Assembly: GCF_000150275.1 (NCBI RefSeq)
Contig: NW_002060946.1
Location: forward strand, 6,114,597 to 6,178,596
Source: Trichoplax adhaerens
Taxonomy: Eukaryota; Animalia; Placozoa
Reading direction: 5' to 3'
Length of the DNA stretch: 64,000 bases
Part shown: positions 13,511-25,456 of the stretch, one piece after another
How positions within the stretch are numbered: the stretch's first letter is position 1
Layout: the number at the start of each line of letters is the position of its first letter
Made by a program: the position numbers and the translations under genes
The notes under the pieces: generated by a model
Database searches by the model: none
What the model was told of the DNA's origin: nothing
What the model saw: the letters and a program-made list of their open reading frames with translations, nothing else

Positions 13511-14685
13511 AGTAACTTCATGTCGGACAATCCTGATTTTTCTTACCTTATTCTGTCAATAAAAATTTGGTTCACAACAGAGGCTAGCTTAGATTTATAA
13601 TTTCCTATCGAATTTTTTACGGAAAATATACTATATTGAACGCTGTACTCTATAATTTCACTTCTGATAATCTGCAGTAAAGTAAAATGCTAGATTGACT
13701 ATTATGGTTAAAAATCGTAATAACTTAGGCTTAGAAAGGTATAACTAATACGCCATAGGGAAGCTAATGGCTAATATACCAATATATTTGATTCCATTGG
13801 TACATTAATGATGTGATCAACAGTCTACGGAACACTGCATTTAATTCATAGCAGTAATAGTGATTTCGATACTGATACCGTCGAAATAACACTTGCTAGA
13901 TATACAAGTATGTTAATAGAAATAAAGTAAATTTTCGTATGTCTACTGTCATAGACAGGCAAGAATTAATTCTGAAAATCTAATTTTATTAGCAAATGTT
14001 GTAGCTGTATACAAAATTGGGGTTAGTAGTTTAAAGCAATACGGTTGAAAATATGTGTGTAAGGTACTGAGAAATTTTTTCAAGCACCTATAAATTGAAA
14101 AATGCACAGCTTCGTCTTTCAGAAATCTTAATTTAAGTAAATTTCATTGTATGTTAATTTATAGACGATCTAAATCTATTGAAGTACTACAGTAAGTTTT
14201 ATGAAATGCCCTAATACAGATTAAATGCGTAAAACCGATTAAGCCAAATTATTCTAGCTCTAGGGTACCGAGTTCATACTTTTGTATTCATAAAGATTAC
14301 ACAAATAACATCAAATTACGTAATGATTCAAACCTTCTACTCCGTAATACTGATAGCTCTCACCACTATATTGAATGGCTTTAGTATTCTATCAGTAATA
14401 GATATTTCATTTAAAATCAGCGATTTGTAGAGCAAATCCAAGTTAAATTAAGCAGGTTTAGATTATCACAATGCGTCTTTACCAGATTGTAGTTTTTTTT
14501 TACCGCGAAACGTGCAAAGTATTCTCTTTTAGGACACATAGAGATAGGGCTTTGGTTTAAAGAAATCGAATAAATAAATTAGTAGCCTTGCGTACTAGTT
14601 GTTGAAAATTTGAATCAAACTTTTACATACATCAATCAATTAATTTCTGCTTTTATATAGTTTAACGGTGAATGAATAGCATATA

Positions 14686-14735
14686 NNNNNNNNNNNNNNN
14701 NNNNNNNNNNNNNNNNNNNNNNNNNNNNNNNNNNN
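14686..14735. other. Assembly gap (50 N)
   Basis: Run of N; true length unknown. Confidence 1.
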
Positions 14736-15709
14736 TTGGTTGATTTTAGATCTTTTAGAAAGTTTAAGATAATTGTAATTAAACCACTATGGATCATTTT
14801 CCTTTTCTTAATTTATGGTAGTAAATTTATCAAGCTAAAAACCTCTATAATGTAGTAATTTAACATACTTAATTGTTCGCATTAATATCGGCCAAATGAT
14901 TTTGTATCTACTTTCACAGATTAAATTTATGGAAATGAAGTACCGTAGTAGGTATGGATCAGTTGAGTTTTAGGTCTATAGGTAACATGGATTTTTCATT
15001 AATATTCTTTTTAATTTTTTACTTTTTGATTATTAACCGCATAAATTGTATTAATTACTAATACCTATTATAGTGAATCCTTAAAAACATGGCAAATGGA
15101 TTTACTATACAGATTAAGATAAATTGTATGGATAGTTGAATTGACTATTGTAATAGATTGCCCGAAAACAACGTGAATAGTGCTATGCAAATATTCGACA
15201 TTTTGAAATTATTAAGCAGGAATTGATTCTAGTATGTGCATGAATGTATACTTTAAAATTAAATTTTAATTCATAGTTAATGTTTCAAACAATCAAGACA
15301 GTAAGTTCTCTAGTTCAACTTAGTAATTATTACACTAGAAAGATATACGAGTAAGTTTTTAGTTGCATAGTATACAGAAATAAAAGAATACTAAGAGCAT
15401 GGTTAAATCATGGAAGTTTAAATTTTCATTAAGACACGATAGATACCGAAATCAAGATCATCGACGATTTAACAGAATATTTTAAGAGATTTATCTGGGT
15501 AAAGTTGCTAAATTTTAAAACTCCAGCATGTTACTTGAAATATATGAAGCGAGTACCACAGAATTCTCTTATCATTAAATCTTTATGTTCACAGAAATTT
15601 TTATTGGTTAATAACGTACATTACCCATTGATAATCTAGTATGAATCCGTTTAGATACGTGTACAACTTATTTTATACAGTAAACAGCTGGCTAAGAATC
15701 ACCTGCCAG

Positions 15710-16150
15710 AGTTTATGATAATTAGCATATGTGTCCTTGTTGTAAATGTGCTCATAAATCGGGGTTAGCCATTTGGTAATAAAGAATCTTCGTCATGGAA
15801 GTATTAGACTGTGTATTGCATTATACTATCATATACTGTAACATTATTTCGAATAATAAGATTTATCAAAATCATAACAGTTCGTTACTCTTTCATGTTT
15901 GAATCGATAAGGGTTTGCTTCCTTTATTAGTCAGCAAAATTAAAGGATTCCCAACGATTAGATTTCTAATTGCTGACTTATTTAAAGAAAGCATTGTCAA
16001 TACATGGATTGATCAGGTTTTCTTTCCCATGGAGCTTTGGTAAATATAAGCCAATGAATTAGTTTTGGGATATTTTTTTTGATACCATCTGTAAAACCAA
16101 CATTTTTGCCAACAAGCTTTACTTGCAAGTTTATGAAGATAACATAGGTC
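15710..16150 (+). pseudogene. Candidate GPCR relic(s), convergent on paralog 2
   Basis: FMIISICVLVVNVLI (N at 15745), then KNLRHGSIRLCIA (cf. RSLRNHSS..SLCIAN). Further on: LIADL...FPWSFGK (ECL1 WxFG), Q*ISFGIFF and SL*R*. Probably two fragments. Confidence 0.5.
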
Positions 16151-16267
16151 TCAAATTCTAAAATACTGGTTGATTTATTTCTTCTTACACATATCTGCTA
16201 CCGTGCATCATTCTGTGTAAAAGTCCTGAAACTTCTATTTAGAATAAATGTAATCTAAAATTGACGA

Positions 16268-17296
16268 CTAAGAAGAAGCTTTCCACAACTTCTTCAGTGG
16301 TTTAAAGCAACTTAGAGATTTTAAAGCATTGCGTAAATGTAAATCATGACATCCATAAATAATTGGACTAAAAACAGAATTACATGAGGCTAAAAATAGC
16401 AACCATTCACGTAGGTTATATTTATTGGCAGCGCGGGATAAGTCCCTATCGAGAACGTTAATAACCTGGAATATATGATAGGGCATCTGAAAAAGAAGAT
16501 AAACTCCGACGATAATAATAACCGTTTTAGCTGCTTTCACTCCAGATCGCGTAATAATACGCCGCTCTGATGATGGTAGACTCCCAGCTCGCAGTCTTCG
16601 ATCATGATTTCTAGCGATAGTAAAAATTCTACCATAGAAAGTAACAGTTATCACTGTTGGCATCAAAAACATGAATATAGGCCAAAATGTATGCCAAATT
16701 GTCAAATTTAAGATACGATCAGCTTTTCTTTCAGATATGACGCAAAAATATGGACAAATACGCCACCAGCTTATCATAAATGGTAGAAATGCCATAAATG
16801 TAGGCAATACCCAACAAGTAAACAGAATAGCTGCAAACATAATTAATTTATATTTTCTGTTTTGATCATACCAAAATGGTAATGCTACGTTAATCAGCTT
16901 ATCTAAACTGATTGAACTAATGTGAAAATTGATACAACAGAAGAAAGCAAGTTGAAAAACGGTATGAGATAACTGGCAATAAATATTGGTAAATGGTATT
17001 ATTGAATTACCAATCAGGATCACCTTCGCTGGAAGAATGTAGAAAACACAGAATAAAATGTTGGCTATGCATAGGCTACCTACCAAAATATTATTTAGGA
17101 TCCTCAAAGACGATTTAGCACAGATAATTCCAAGTAGAGTGATATTAATGACAAGAATTGCCGTTAAAAGAATACTCCAAACGATGGAGGCATCGATTTT
17201 TAATTGTGATGGTGGTGGATAAACGATAAACGATAAATTCATTTTAAGATAAAATCGAGCATCTAGACAGCGTATGTAAGGTGATGAATTTACCAT
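16268..17296 (-). CDS. Single-exon class A 7TM GPCR, 342 aa (paralog 2, appears most divergent)
   Basis: Intact ORF: IN, SLCIAN, YCQLS, SISLDKL, CWVLP, FLMP, QMPY, NSVFSPIIY. Colinear with the other three. Confidence 0.96.
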   Translation of the reverse strand: MVNSSPYIRCLDARFYLKMNLSFIVYPPPSQLKIDASIVWSILLTAILVINITLLGIICAKSSLRILNNILVGSLCIANILFCVFYILPAKVILIGNSIIPFTNIYCQLSHTVFQLAFFCCINFHISSISLDKLINVALPFWYDQNRKYKLIMFAAILFTCWVLPTFMAFLPFMISWWRICPYFCVISERKADRILNLTIWHTFWPIFMFLMPTVITVTFYGRIFTIARNHDRRLRAGSLPSSERRIITRSGVKAAKTVIIIVGVYLLFQMPYHIFQVINVLDRDLSRAANKYNLREWLLFLASCNSVFSPIIYGCHDLHLRNALKSLSCFKPLKKLWKASS

Positions 17297-18942
17297 AGTT
17301 TCTTTTCCAAGTGATTTCTGGATGGATTCAATTCGATAGAGAAGTTATAGCGTTAAGTAGTGAAAATGAAAGCCACAGTGAGTACTTTCGAGGTAATGAT
17401 TATAGGAATTGATGCTAGCAATCTAAATAATTGCTGAAATAGCAGCCTTAAATTGCAACGATTCTATCCAACTTTCAATTGAATAAATCGATTCAAAGTT
17501 ATCTATTAAAGATTTATAAATATATGTCTACAGCAATATCAATCAAAACGAACTAATCCAATGGGAGAAAATTCTCTATTTTTAGGCTATGGGCTATTTA
17601 TTGAGCGCAACAATAAGAAATGATCAATTTTGAAGTCTGTCAGTAAAATACATGATTGTCTAGTCTATCTTTCTCATTAACAATAGCAATTCTTTCCCCA
17701 ATGTGATCGTACTTTAGACATTTCAGTCATTGAAATTACAAATAGTATATGTATTTTATCAACAATAATCATTCTTGCATTTTGGAAAATCGATGAATAT
17801 AATGCGATAGCGTATCCATCGGAAGAGCAGTTCTATTGGCTATAGAAAACTAAGTTTCCATATTGATCGGATCACATAGTTTTCATCCGATTGTTTGTTG
17901 TTACATGTTGAAATCATAAGAAAACAGTTATTATAATAATTTCAACAAATGAGAGAATCTACAGTCGAATATTATTTTAGATAGAGAAGCAATTATATTT
18001 TAGATCTAAATCACCGCTGCGTACTTAAATTTCATTTTAAATGAAAGTTATAGGATTTTAATGGTAGCTAAATTGATGTTATTTTCTATCGCCAAAGTTA
18101 TGCACTCTCCGCTGATTTACCTTGAAAAATTTGATGAAAAGAATATAGCAGCTTTTACTTTTCACCCAAGAACGGACGTTCAGTTCCTTATGACAATTGT
18201 TTTTAATCTATTTTTTTAATTTCTGCAATAAAGGCCATAGCAATTGGGATTTCGAATAAAAATAATGAAAAAATGAATCTGCTACAGAGTAGCAATCTAT
18301 ACCTATTTTATAATGTATTTGATTAATGAGTGTGTTTGATCATTACTTAATAACTTTCAAGTGACGGAGAAAATATTTAATCCTAATTATGATCAGTATT
18401 AAAAAAAGGAACGATAAGTTGTAATGAAGATAAAAATTCGTAAATAAAGTCCTTATATATTGGATTACTTAACAAAAAGGTAGCAATATGGAAACAAAGG
18501 CTGAGTAATAGACATCAGTAAGGAGAGCTATTTGCTAACAATTGTTCGGAATAAACGTAGACTAGTTCTTTTTGCTTCTAGTTCTATTTGAAGGCATGCA
18601 ACTTTTGAATCTACCTATTGAAACTAATTCTATACCAATTTTATATAAGATGCGTATGAATTTATTGGGTGTCTCAGCATAGATTTCGTGTTTAATTCCA
18701 CTTTATACCTTACAATATTGAAGTTCTATCGACAGCTGTGAAGATTTTTCTCTCATAAAATTTTCTAAAGTAAGTAGCTCAACCGTTGATTTCACTCAAT
18801 GTACTTGTACTATTAATGACAGTGACCACAATGACTATCAATTCGTGATAATGTAGGAATTTTAATCCATTTACCAGGATTTAGTAGCAAATTACAGTAT
18901 TTTTTTCAAAAGCGTAGCTAATAATAGAAAATATAATACAGC

Positions 18943-19175
18943 TGTTTCAATTGATAGGTTCTTAAAGTTGATCATAATATGGACACTGGCAATACATCCA
19001 TAAGTCGGTCTATCTTCTATGGCATTTTGTATGTACACTATAAAGTGCATCTCTGAAATATCGATATTTCGTCGATCAAAAGGCTATCAAAACACCTATG
19101 CATCTCTCTTAGGTGTATCAATTTTGTGACAATTTCCTCCAAGCAAGTACGGTACTTCTTGAAAGTATTATCCAT
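18943..19175 (-). pseudogene. Candidate decayed CARD-domain coding fragment
   Basis: From ATG at 19175: MDNTFKKYRTCLEEIVTKLIHLREMHRCFDSLLIDEI...*KIDRLMDVLP, then in a shifted frame NFKNLSIET. This resembles CARD LVxxL...LDxL...KxxxLLDxLP...FxxxLxET. Two in-frame stops. Confidence 0.42.
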
Positions 19176-19316
19176 GGTCGATGAGATCGTTACACCTTAG
19201 ACAACTGTAGCGAGTACAAAGAATGATTCTCATCGGAAATGCTTAGTAAATTTACGGAATATTCTTTAGATGATAAACATCTTCGATCATTTGTACCATG
19301 TTCGAAAACACCCTTT

Positions 19317-20385
19317 CCGGTGATTAAGCCTTTCTTTAAAAATAATGTTTAATTAAATAAGAGAGTACGTGTTGCCATATGGATTTATATCTAATTTTCG
19401 TTCTTGAGCTTAACAGCTAGTTTCAATCTGGTGTGAATAAGTATTGTGCTAGTGTTAGGATTTAAAATTTGATTAAGCAAGCATTGATATAGCCCAAAAC
19501 TATAGCTATAAGATGTTATCTGAAAAAAGATTCCTTGACATGGTCCAGCATTTCCTTTTATGAGAAATGCTGAAACATGTTTTGATGCCTGATCCATCAA
19601 CAGTAATGATGAGAAAGTTATTACCTGACAAAGAATATGTCAGAAAAATAAGAGTTAACGACATATAAACTAGCAATGTTGAAGAAAAGAATCATTTGTA
19701 ATATGTCCATAAACACGACCCGGTGATTAAGCTTTTCTTCAAAGATAATTTTTTATTTAAATAACAAGAGGACGCATTGCCAGATGGATTTATATCTAAT
19801 TTTCATTCGTGATTTTAACAGCTAGTTTAAGTCTAACGTGCTTAAGTATTGTAGCCAATGTTAGGATTTAAATTTAATTATACAAGTATTGATATGACCC
19901 AAACTATATTTAAGAAGTTATCTGCAAAATGATTTCATGACCTTGAAACGGTCCAGCATCTGCTTTGCGAGGAATTTTGTAATATAATTTAAAGTTTGAG
20001 CCATCAATAGTAATTTTTATGTGCACGTATGGAATTTATTGCTGATGTAATGATTAACTCTATCATTAATTACCGAGATTTAGATATGGTTCTTTATGTA
20101 GTGTAATTATCTTAAATTAGTAATCTGTACTTGAGTGTGAATGCATAAAAATAAACGGTATTTAAGGTTGTGCAATTTAAGCTAGAGAGAGAGTTATCGG
20201 AAAGTCATTGATTAGATCTGGTATTGTTAGTGGTTGGTAATTTCTATTTTTCTAAGTAATGAATTGAATATATTGTCAGATCTACAAGTCTGCTCGTTAT
20301 TAATTACTCTACAGCTACAGAATTGAAACAAGATATTACCTGCCAATAAATATGCCAGAAATAAGAGTTATCGTATATAAACTAT
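19317..20385 (+). repeat. About 400 bp-period duplication; copy 2 is interrupted by about 310 bp
   Basis: ccggtgattaagc...atggatttatatctaatttt...ccatcaa.agtaat at 19317-19607 and 19720-20014. The tail attacctg..aatatg.caga..ataagagtta..atataaacta is at 19620-19672 and 20335-20384. Confidence 0.92.
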
Positions 20386-21800
20386 TAGGGGATATAGTTT
20401 TAATAGAAATACTGCTTTATTGTATATTATTAAAGAATCGAAACTCTTTACTTTCTCTCTTATAATTCTCATAGTATTTGCCGGAGTGATTTCTGCTTTA
20501 ACTATAGTAATATCATAAAATCATATCTGTATGACTCAAATCCAGTGTAGAGATAGTCTGTTACGTTTTTCGATTCTATTGGATGAGCTGTAACTGAAAT
20601 ATGACTGATTAGTTATAGCTAATTAAGGAAAGCAACAGTAATATTAATATAAATCTTCGTATTACGCCATATTATAACAGTCGACCTTCCGGAATTCTTA
20701 ATCTAGCAAATCAATTCTTTTCCAGTTTAAAATGACATGTTCTTTGTCTTAAACGTACACTTTACGGTGCCTTCATATGAATACTGATTTATTCTAAATT
20801 TTTTTCTATTTACCATCATTCATGATTACATAGCACTGCATCATCGGATTTGTTCATTTCTAGAGAGCGTAATTACTGTCAGCTCTGCATTATACATGAC
20901 AGCGGTAATGTGTATAAACGATATCTTGTATGATGTATCATTAGTAGAGGAGTAAGGAATGAAATAGCTTTCAAATAAAGTATAAAACGGGAATTATTGC
21001 TTCATTTTTTATAACGAAATAACTATCGCAAATCAGCCCATAGGGAAAATGGCGATTAAGCCGATATTTTACAAAAAGTATAGTACAATATAGGTGAATC
21101 TCGCGATGGATTTTATGCACGTTAATAAAAGCATTCAATTAACTTTAAATTATTTTTACGTAAAAGAAAAGCAAGTGTGGGACATCTTTAGTCTATTTAA
21201 AAGCCTTATCTAGACAGCTATTGAATGAAATACGATTGTAAGCTACCATCAAGTAACAAGGTATACTTATCTATGCTAAAAAAGTTCAAAATCCTATCCT
21301 TCGAAATTCGTCTTCATCTTCGTCCTCTGATTATTTTATCGAAAGACTTTTAAATGTCGTTATTACTCATTCTAATTCATTAATCATTTCTTTATTTTAT
21401 TCACTACTCGGTATAGGAATTGGCTATTGCTGTTGGCTATAGTCTAAGCTGAGTATCAATATAAAATGCAATAATTATGATCCAGAAAGAGATCCCAAAA
21501 TCTTGCTCACGAATTTGTGAATAATTAATTACTAACGCAGATACTGTATACCGTTATATTTTGATGCTGGGCTGATAAGATTGGACAATGTACCTTATCC
21601 CCCCCTTCCCGCATAAGACACAAGTCAATTTCTTGGGTTTGTCTGAGGTAAGACTGTATGAAAGACTAATCCAATATTGTCCCTTGCAACTACAATAGGT
21701 CTAAAATAACATGTGATCGCTAATGAGAATAAAAAGCGTTAATCAGATGCATGCGATGTTTTATTCCTGTCCCCTCGGCCTACCAAGCACATTATCCCGA

Positions 21801-22158
21801 AAAGCAAGTTATGACAAGAGGTCTCGTCCCTCGTCTCCATCACAGAAAGGCGACCAGCTTAGAATGTAGATTAAATTGAATAACAATAGGTCCACCTCTT
21901 GCAAAGGAGTAATCAAAGGAGTTGTAAAAAAACCGCAATCTTATATTGCTACTATCAAAGGAAAGGACTATCGACGCAACGGCCACTTGATGAAAGAAAA
22001 GGAATACTCACCTAGCGGAAATCAACATTTAAAGAATCAATATATCGCAGCTGTAGATACCGTAACGCAACAGATTTACAGCGAATGAAGCCGTCAGCTA
22101 TCATACACAAGGCTAGATCTGGTCGATAATGAAGCCTAATACTAAATGTACAAACTGA
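21801..22158 (+). mobile_element. Degenerate Ty3/Gypsy LTR-retrotransposon pol 3' end (integrase C-terminal region)
   Basis: One frame reads KASYDKRSRPSSPSQKGDQLRM*IKL...KGVIKGVVKKPQSYIATIKGKDYRRNGHL (stop at 21867). This matches the Gypsy YDxxxxxLxxLxxGDxV...PRSYxVxxxGxxYRRNRRHL signature. It is followed by RSGR (22115) and, after a frameshift, MKPNTKCTN*, matching TRSGRxxKP. Confidence 0.85.
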
Positions 22159-22252
22159 AATAACCCTATTCGCATTAAGTCAGCATAGGTTATGATTCAA
22201 GCTGTTATTACTATATAAGCTTGCATTATTAATTGATTTATAACATTGACGT

Positions 22253-22372
22253 GAAACGGGAGATATAGATATTATATGTGAACACATGTTGCAATAATTG
22301 TCATTTAGTGAGCTGATCTTGAAACTTAATAAAGTATCTCTGTCACAATTTCACTTCTGTGACAAGGTAACA
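22253..22372 (+). mobile_element. Putative polypurine tract plus decayed 3' LTR of the Gypsy remnant
   Basis: Purine run gaaacgggaga (22253-22263) lies about 95 bp after the pol stop. It is followed by TAT (decayed TGT?), AATAAA at 22328 and ...TAACA at 22368-22372. No 5' LTR copy found. Confidence 0.5.
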
Positions 22373-22453
22373 TACAGTGAAAGTCTATAAGTAGCTACTG
22401 ACTTAAACGCCCTTTTACTTCACGTTATACACACACGGCAAAAGACTGTAAAG

Positions 22454-23340
22454 ATGAAACTTTTATTAGCAAAGATACATCTACAACTTTTTGCCACACC
22501 ACTCAACTCAAATGTTCCCGTTTATATAGGAACCGTCTAATTTGTAAACAACAACAGTATTATTATTGTACCTTACTAGGAGAAACATCTCCAACTGAGA
22601 TATTCCTTACATAGCTTTTCTAACAGTAAATATTTTGAATCTCTTACTCATACTTAATCTTAATCTAAGCTCGTAGGTTGTCTAATTCAACTATCATCAA
22701 CTAGAACTTGAATCATCTTACTGCTATCTATCACACTATAACAATCAATATCAAATACGTCATGAACTATTACAAACAACATCCACGTTAAGGCATTACT
22801 TATCTTATCTAGCACTACAAATATGGATATTCTCCATACTAGTTACTACTGTGTTTATTAAACTATCCTAATGACAAGGCAAACACCGTAGCAATCTCTT
22901 AAAGAGCGTATTGTTGCTTATCTCTCTTTGATCACTAACTACAGCTGGTTAACTATAAATATAAATTCTTAAATGTAAAATAATACTCTCCCAGGGCTCA
23001 TTTTAAGATTTTGTACTAGAAAATGAAGTATGGAATAGGAACCCTAAAAGCGTATAACATTTGAGATACGATATTTCAAGGTTAGTGTAGCTACGCATTA
23101 GTAAACGATATTTCTTTGATGGTAATTTCATTTTACAGAAGTGTTTGCAACGATAATAACAGGATGGTAATTCACGAAACTGTGAAAAAATTTGATTTTG
23201 CTAAAGAATTAGTTTGAATAGGATGATAAACAGCAATTACAATACTAAGTCGTAAGCTGTTGATGACCTCTAACAGGCTTATTTAATTAATTCACCACTG
23301 CTGTATCATCGTTACGATTTCGCTTTCAAATTTAATACCT
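22454..23340 (+). pseudogene. Decayed near-full-length class A GPCR
   Basis: ATG 22454; IGTV*FVNNNSIIIV (TM1); LNHLTAI (TM3); LQIWIFSILVTT (W at 22824, about 37 codons after the TM3 H, as in the intact paralogs); TLPGLILRFC (P at 22991); IFL*W (23120); AYLINSPLLYHRYDFAFK (23277; PxxY(x)6F). Confidence 0.65.
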
Positions 23341-24580
23341 GTTACTTCCAAGGAAGCAGCACCTTCCTCTTTAAAACTAAAAATAGTTCATTCTATTGTA
23401 CTGTATACTGAATTACCTCTAAAAGGATTTAGTTCAAACAAATGGTTCACCGATTAATTTTAAGTTGAGTACATGATCTATTATTTTTTTATCCAGTAAA
23501 TATTATTTTACTAAAGGAAGATAAAATGACATGGCCATTTCATTTATGCAGTTAGTGACACTGAAAATGACAAATAAAGATTGGCAGAAGATACAGCTCA
23601 CTAAATCAGCGTGAATTGGTAGAAATTTTGTCAAGTCTACAATTGGTACAGTTATAGTATAGGTGTTAAGGAAATCTAGCAGTTATATATGTATGTTATA
23701 TACGATAAGATGAAAATTAGAGAATAAAGAACGATGCCGTAAAGATTTATATCTAAGCCGCTAAAGATAGACATGGTAAATGGCAGGAATTAGAATTTAG
23801 TTACACAAAACCAGGTCAATTGTATATTTAACAGATATTAAATGCGATTATCATCAATAAAATTAATAAAGATAAGACAATTATTTGACAGTAATCTTGG
23901 TAATCTTGCAATAATGTTATAAATTTAATATTTAACATAGTTGACGATCTGCTTAGATCGTATTCAATTGCATTAGTAATGAAATCATTTAAACCATATT
24001 TATAAATTATACGAGCTAGGTTTGGTGTAAGAACTGTGATAGAGCGATAGTTTAAGACTTATTAGACAGACTATCATCATACTTTAGTAACATTTAAATC
24101 GAAAAAGGGATTAGTGTCCAGCTTTTCGAGAAAAATAAGCTCTTGCAGGCGTTGAAGTACCGAAATTAAAACACGGATGACTTCTCTAACGATGCTCTGC
24201 TCAAGGCCTGCTTTCAATCGTGCACAACCAGTGCACATCTTGAAATATTGAATTCTGGAATAATCTTCTACAATTACGTATGATACTGATGTTCTAATGT
24301 AATGTTTTTTGAATACCTATCAAAACCAACGTTTTGTTCATTGAATCTACGGTTACTCAAACACAATAATTGCCAATATGATATTAATAGGAAATTTAAA
24401 CCTTTGATGTAAATCCTATTGTAGGTGATAAAAGCCTAGTAGTGTATTGAAAGAATATGTTGAAGTGGATTGAAAATCCGTAAGAATATAATCGGTGCGA
24501 TATACTGCCATATTCTCAAGTAAACTAAAAGAGGTGTCTATCATTTGAATGTTAATTATAAAATACAGTATAACCATAAC

Positions 24581-24628
24581 AGTTAATAAATTAACAATAA
24601 TAGTTAATAGATTAACAATAATAGTTAA
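24581..24628 (+). repeat. 21 bp tandem repeat, about 2.3 copies
   Basis: agttaata(a/g)attaacaataat is repeated. Confidence 0.85.
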
Positions 24629-24839
24629 GATTCAAGTTGTCAATAAATATCGAGTTGTAATTAAGAATCCTAACCGGACAGAAATAGGACTATTTATCTG
24701 CAAGTAGTATTGCTCTTAACGGCAAACAAGACAAGTGTTTATTTTGAGAATTCAATCAAAAAGAGATTTTACTTTTATTAAGATTACATCAACTAGTCCA
24801 AGGGATGTATAGAATCTAATAAACCGATGTAGGAGTTGG

Positions 24840-25440
24840 AACTTTTAGCTGCTTTATGTAAATCGAATTATTAACAGTAAGCACTATATTATTCTATTTC
24901 CTTTAACACAAGTTAGGTGACAATATTTATCAATTTCCAATACCTTAGGTTTAAGGAGCTAAAATGGCTTATGAATAGCTGATTTATGATTAGTGCTTCA
25001 TTTTTATTACGATTTTCACCATCAAATTAAAATAACTATGAGATGGCACCATTTTTTACGTGTTGTATTTAAAAGAGACAGACAGCAAAAATGTCATTTA
25101 TTTTCTTGCTGCTTTGGCATCGCTTTATGGAATTATGTAGACAGTGAATTTTATAATATTTCAACCTTTACTTTACCTTTGATGAATACTTTAAAGCATT
25201 TCTACGGCATTGTTACTGTGAATCTTGCTATCAAGAATCGATTGTAATATTCTTAATCTTTAGGAGGGTATTGATTTTCGAATCGTTATTCCTTTTATCA
25301 TCTTCTTGAGAAATAGCTGTATCCTTTTAAACTTAAAAGCAAGATCACTTGTTATAATTATCGAAGTAACTACTAAATATTGATAATTAATTCTATAACA
25401 ATTGGGAATCTACCGTATTCATTCTACTCATAACTTGAAT
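24840..25440 (+). pseudogene. Candidate GPCR relic, tail-to-tail with paralog 3
   Basis: LLAALCKSN (family-type LCxxN, N at 24866); APFF...KRQTAKMSFIFLLLW (P-to-W 22 codons, as in the paralogs); STFTLPLMNTLKHFYGI (TM5; part of ORF 24993-25247); SLGGY; INSITIGNLPYSFY. Confidence 0.45.
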
Positions 25441-25456
25441 CTAACGGGCCATTTTG

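Noticed and set aside
3002-19600. ORFs 3002-3259, 3091-3282, 3458-3694, 13108-13293 and 19391-19600
   Set aside because: They lie in local duplications whose sister copies do not preserve a matching frame, and have no protein motifs.
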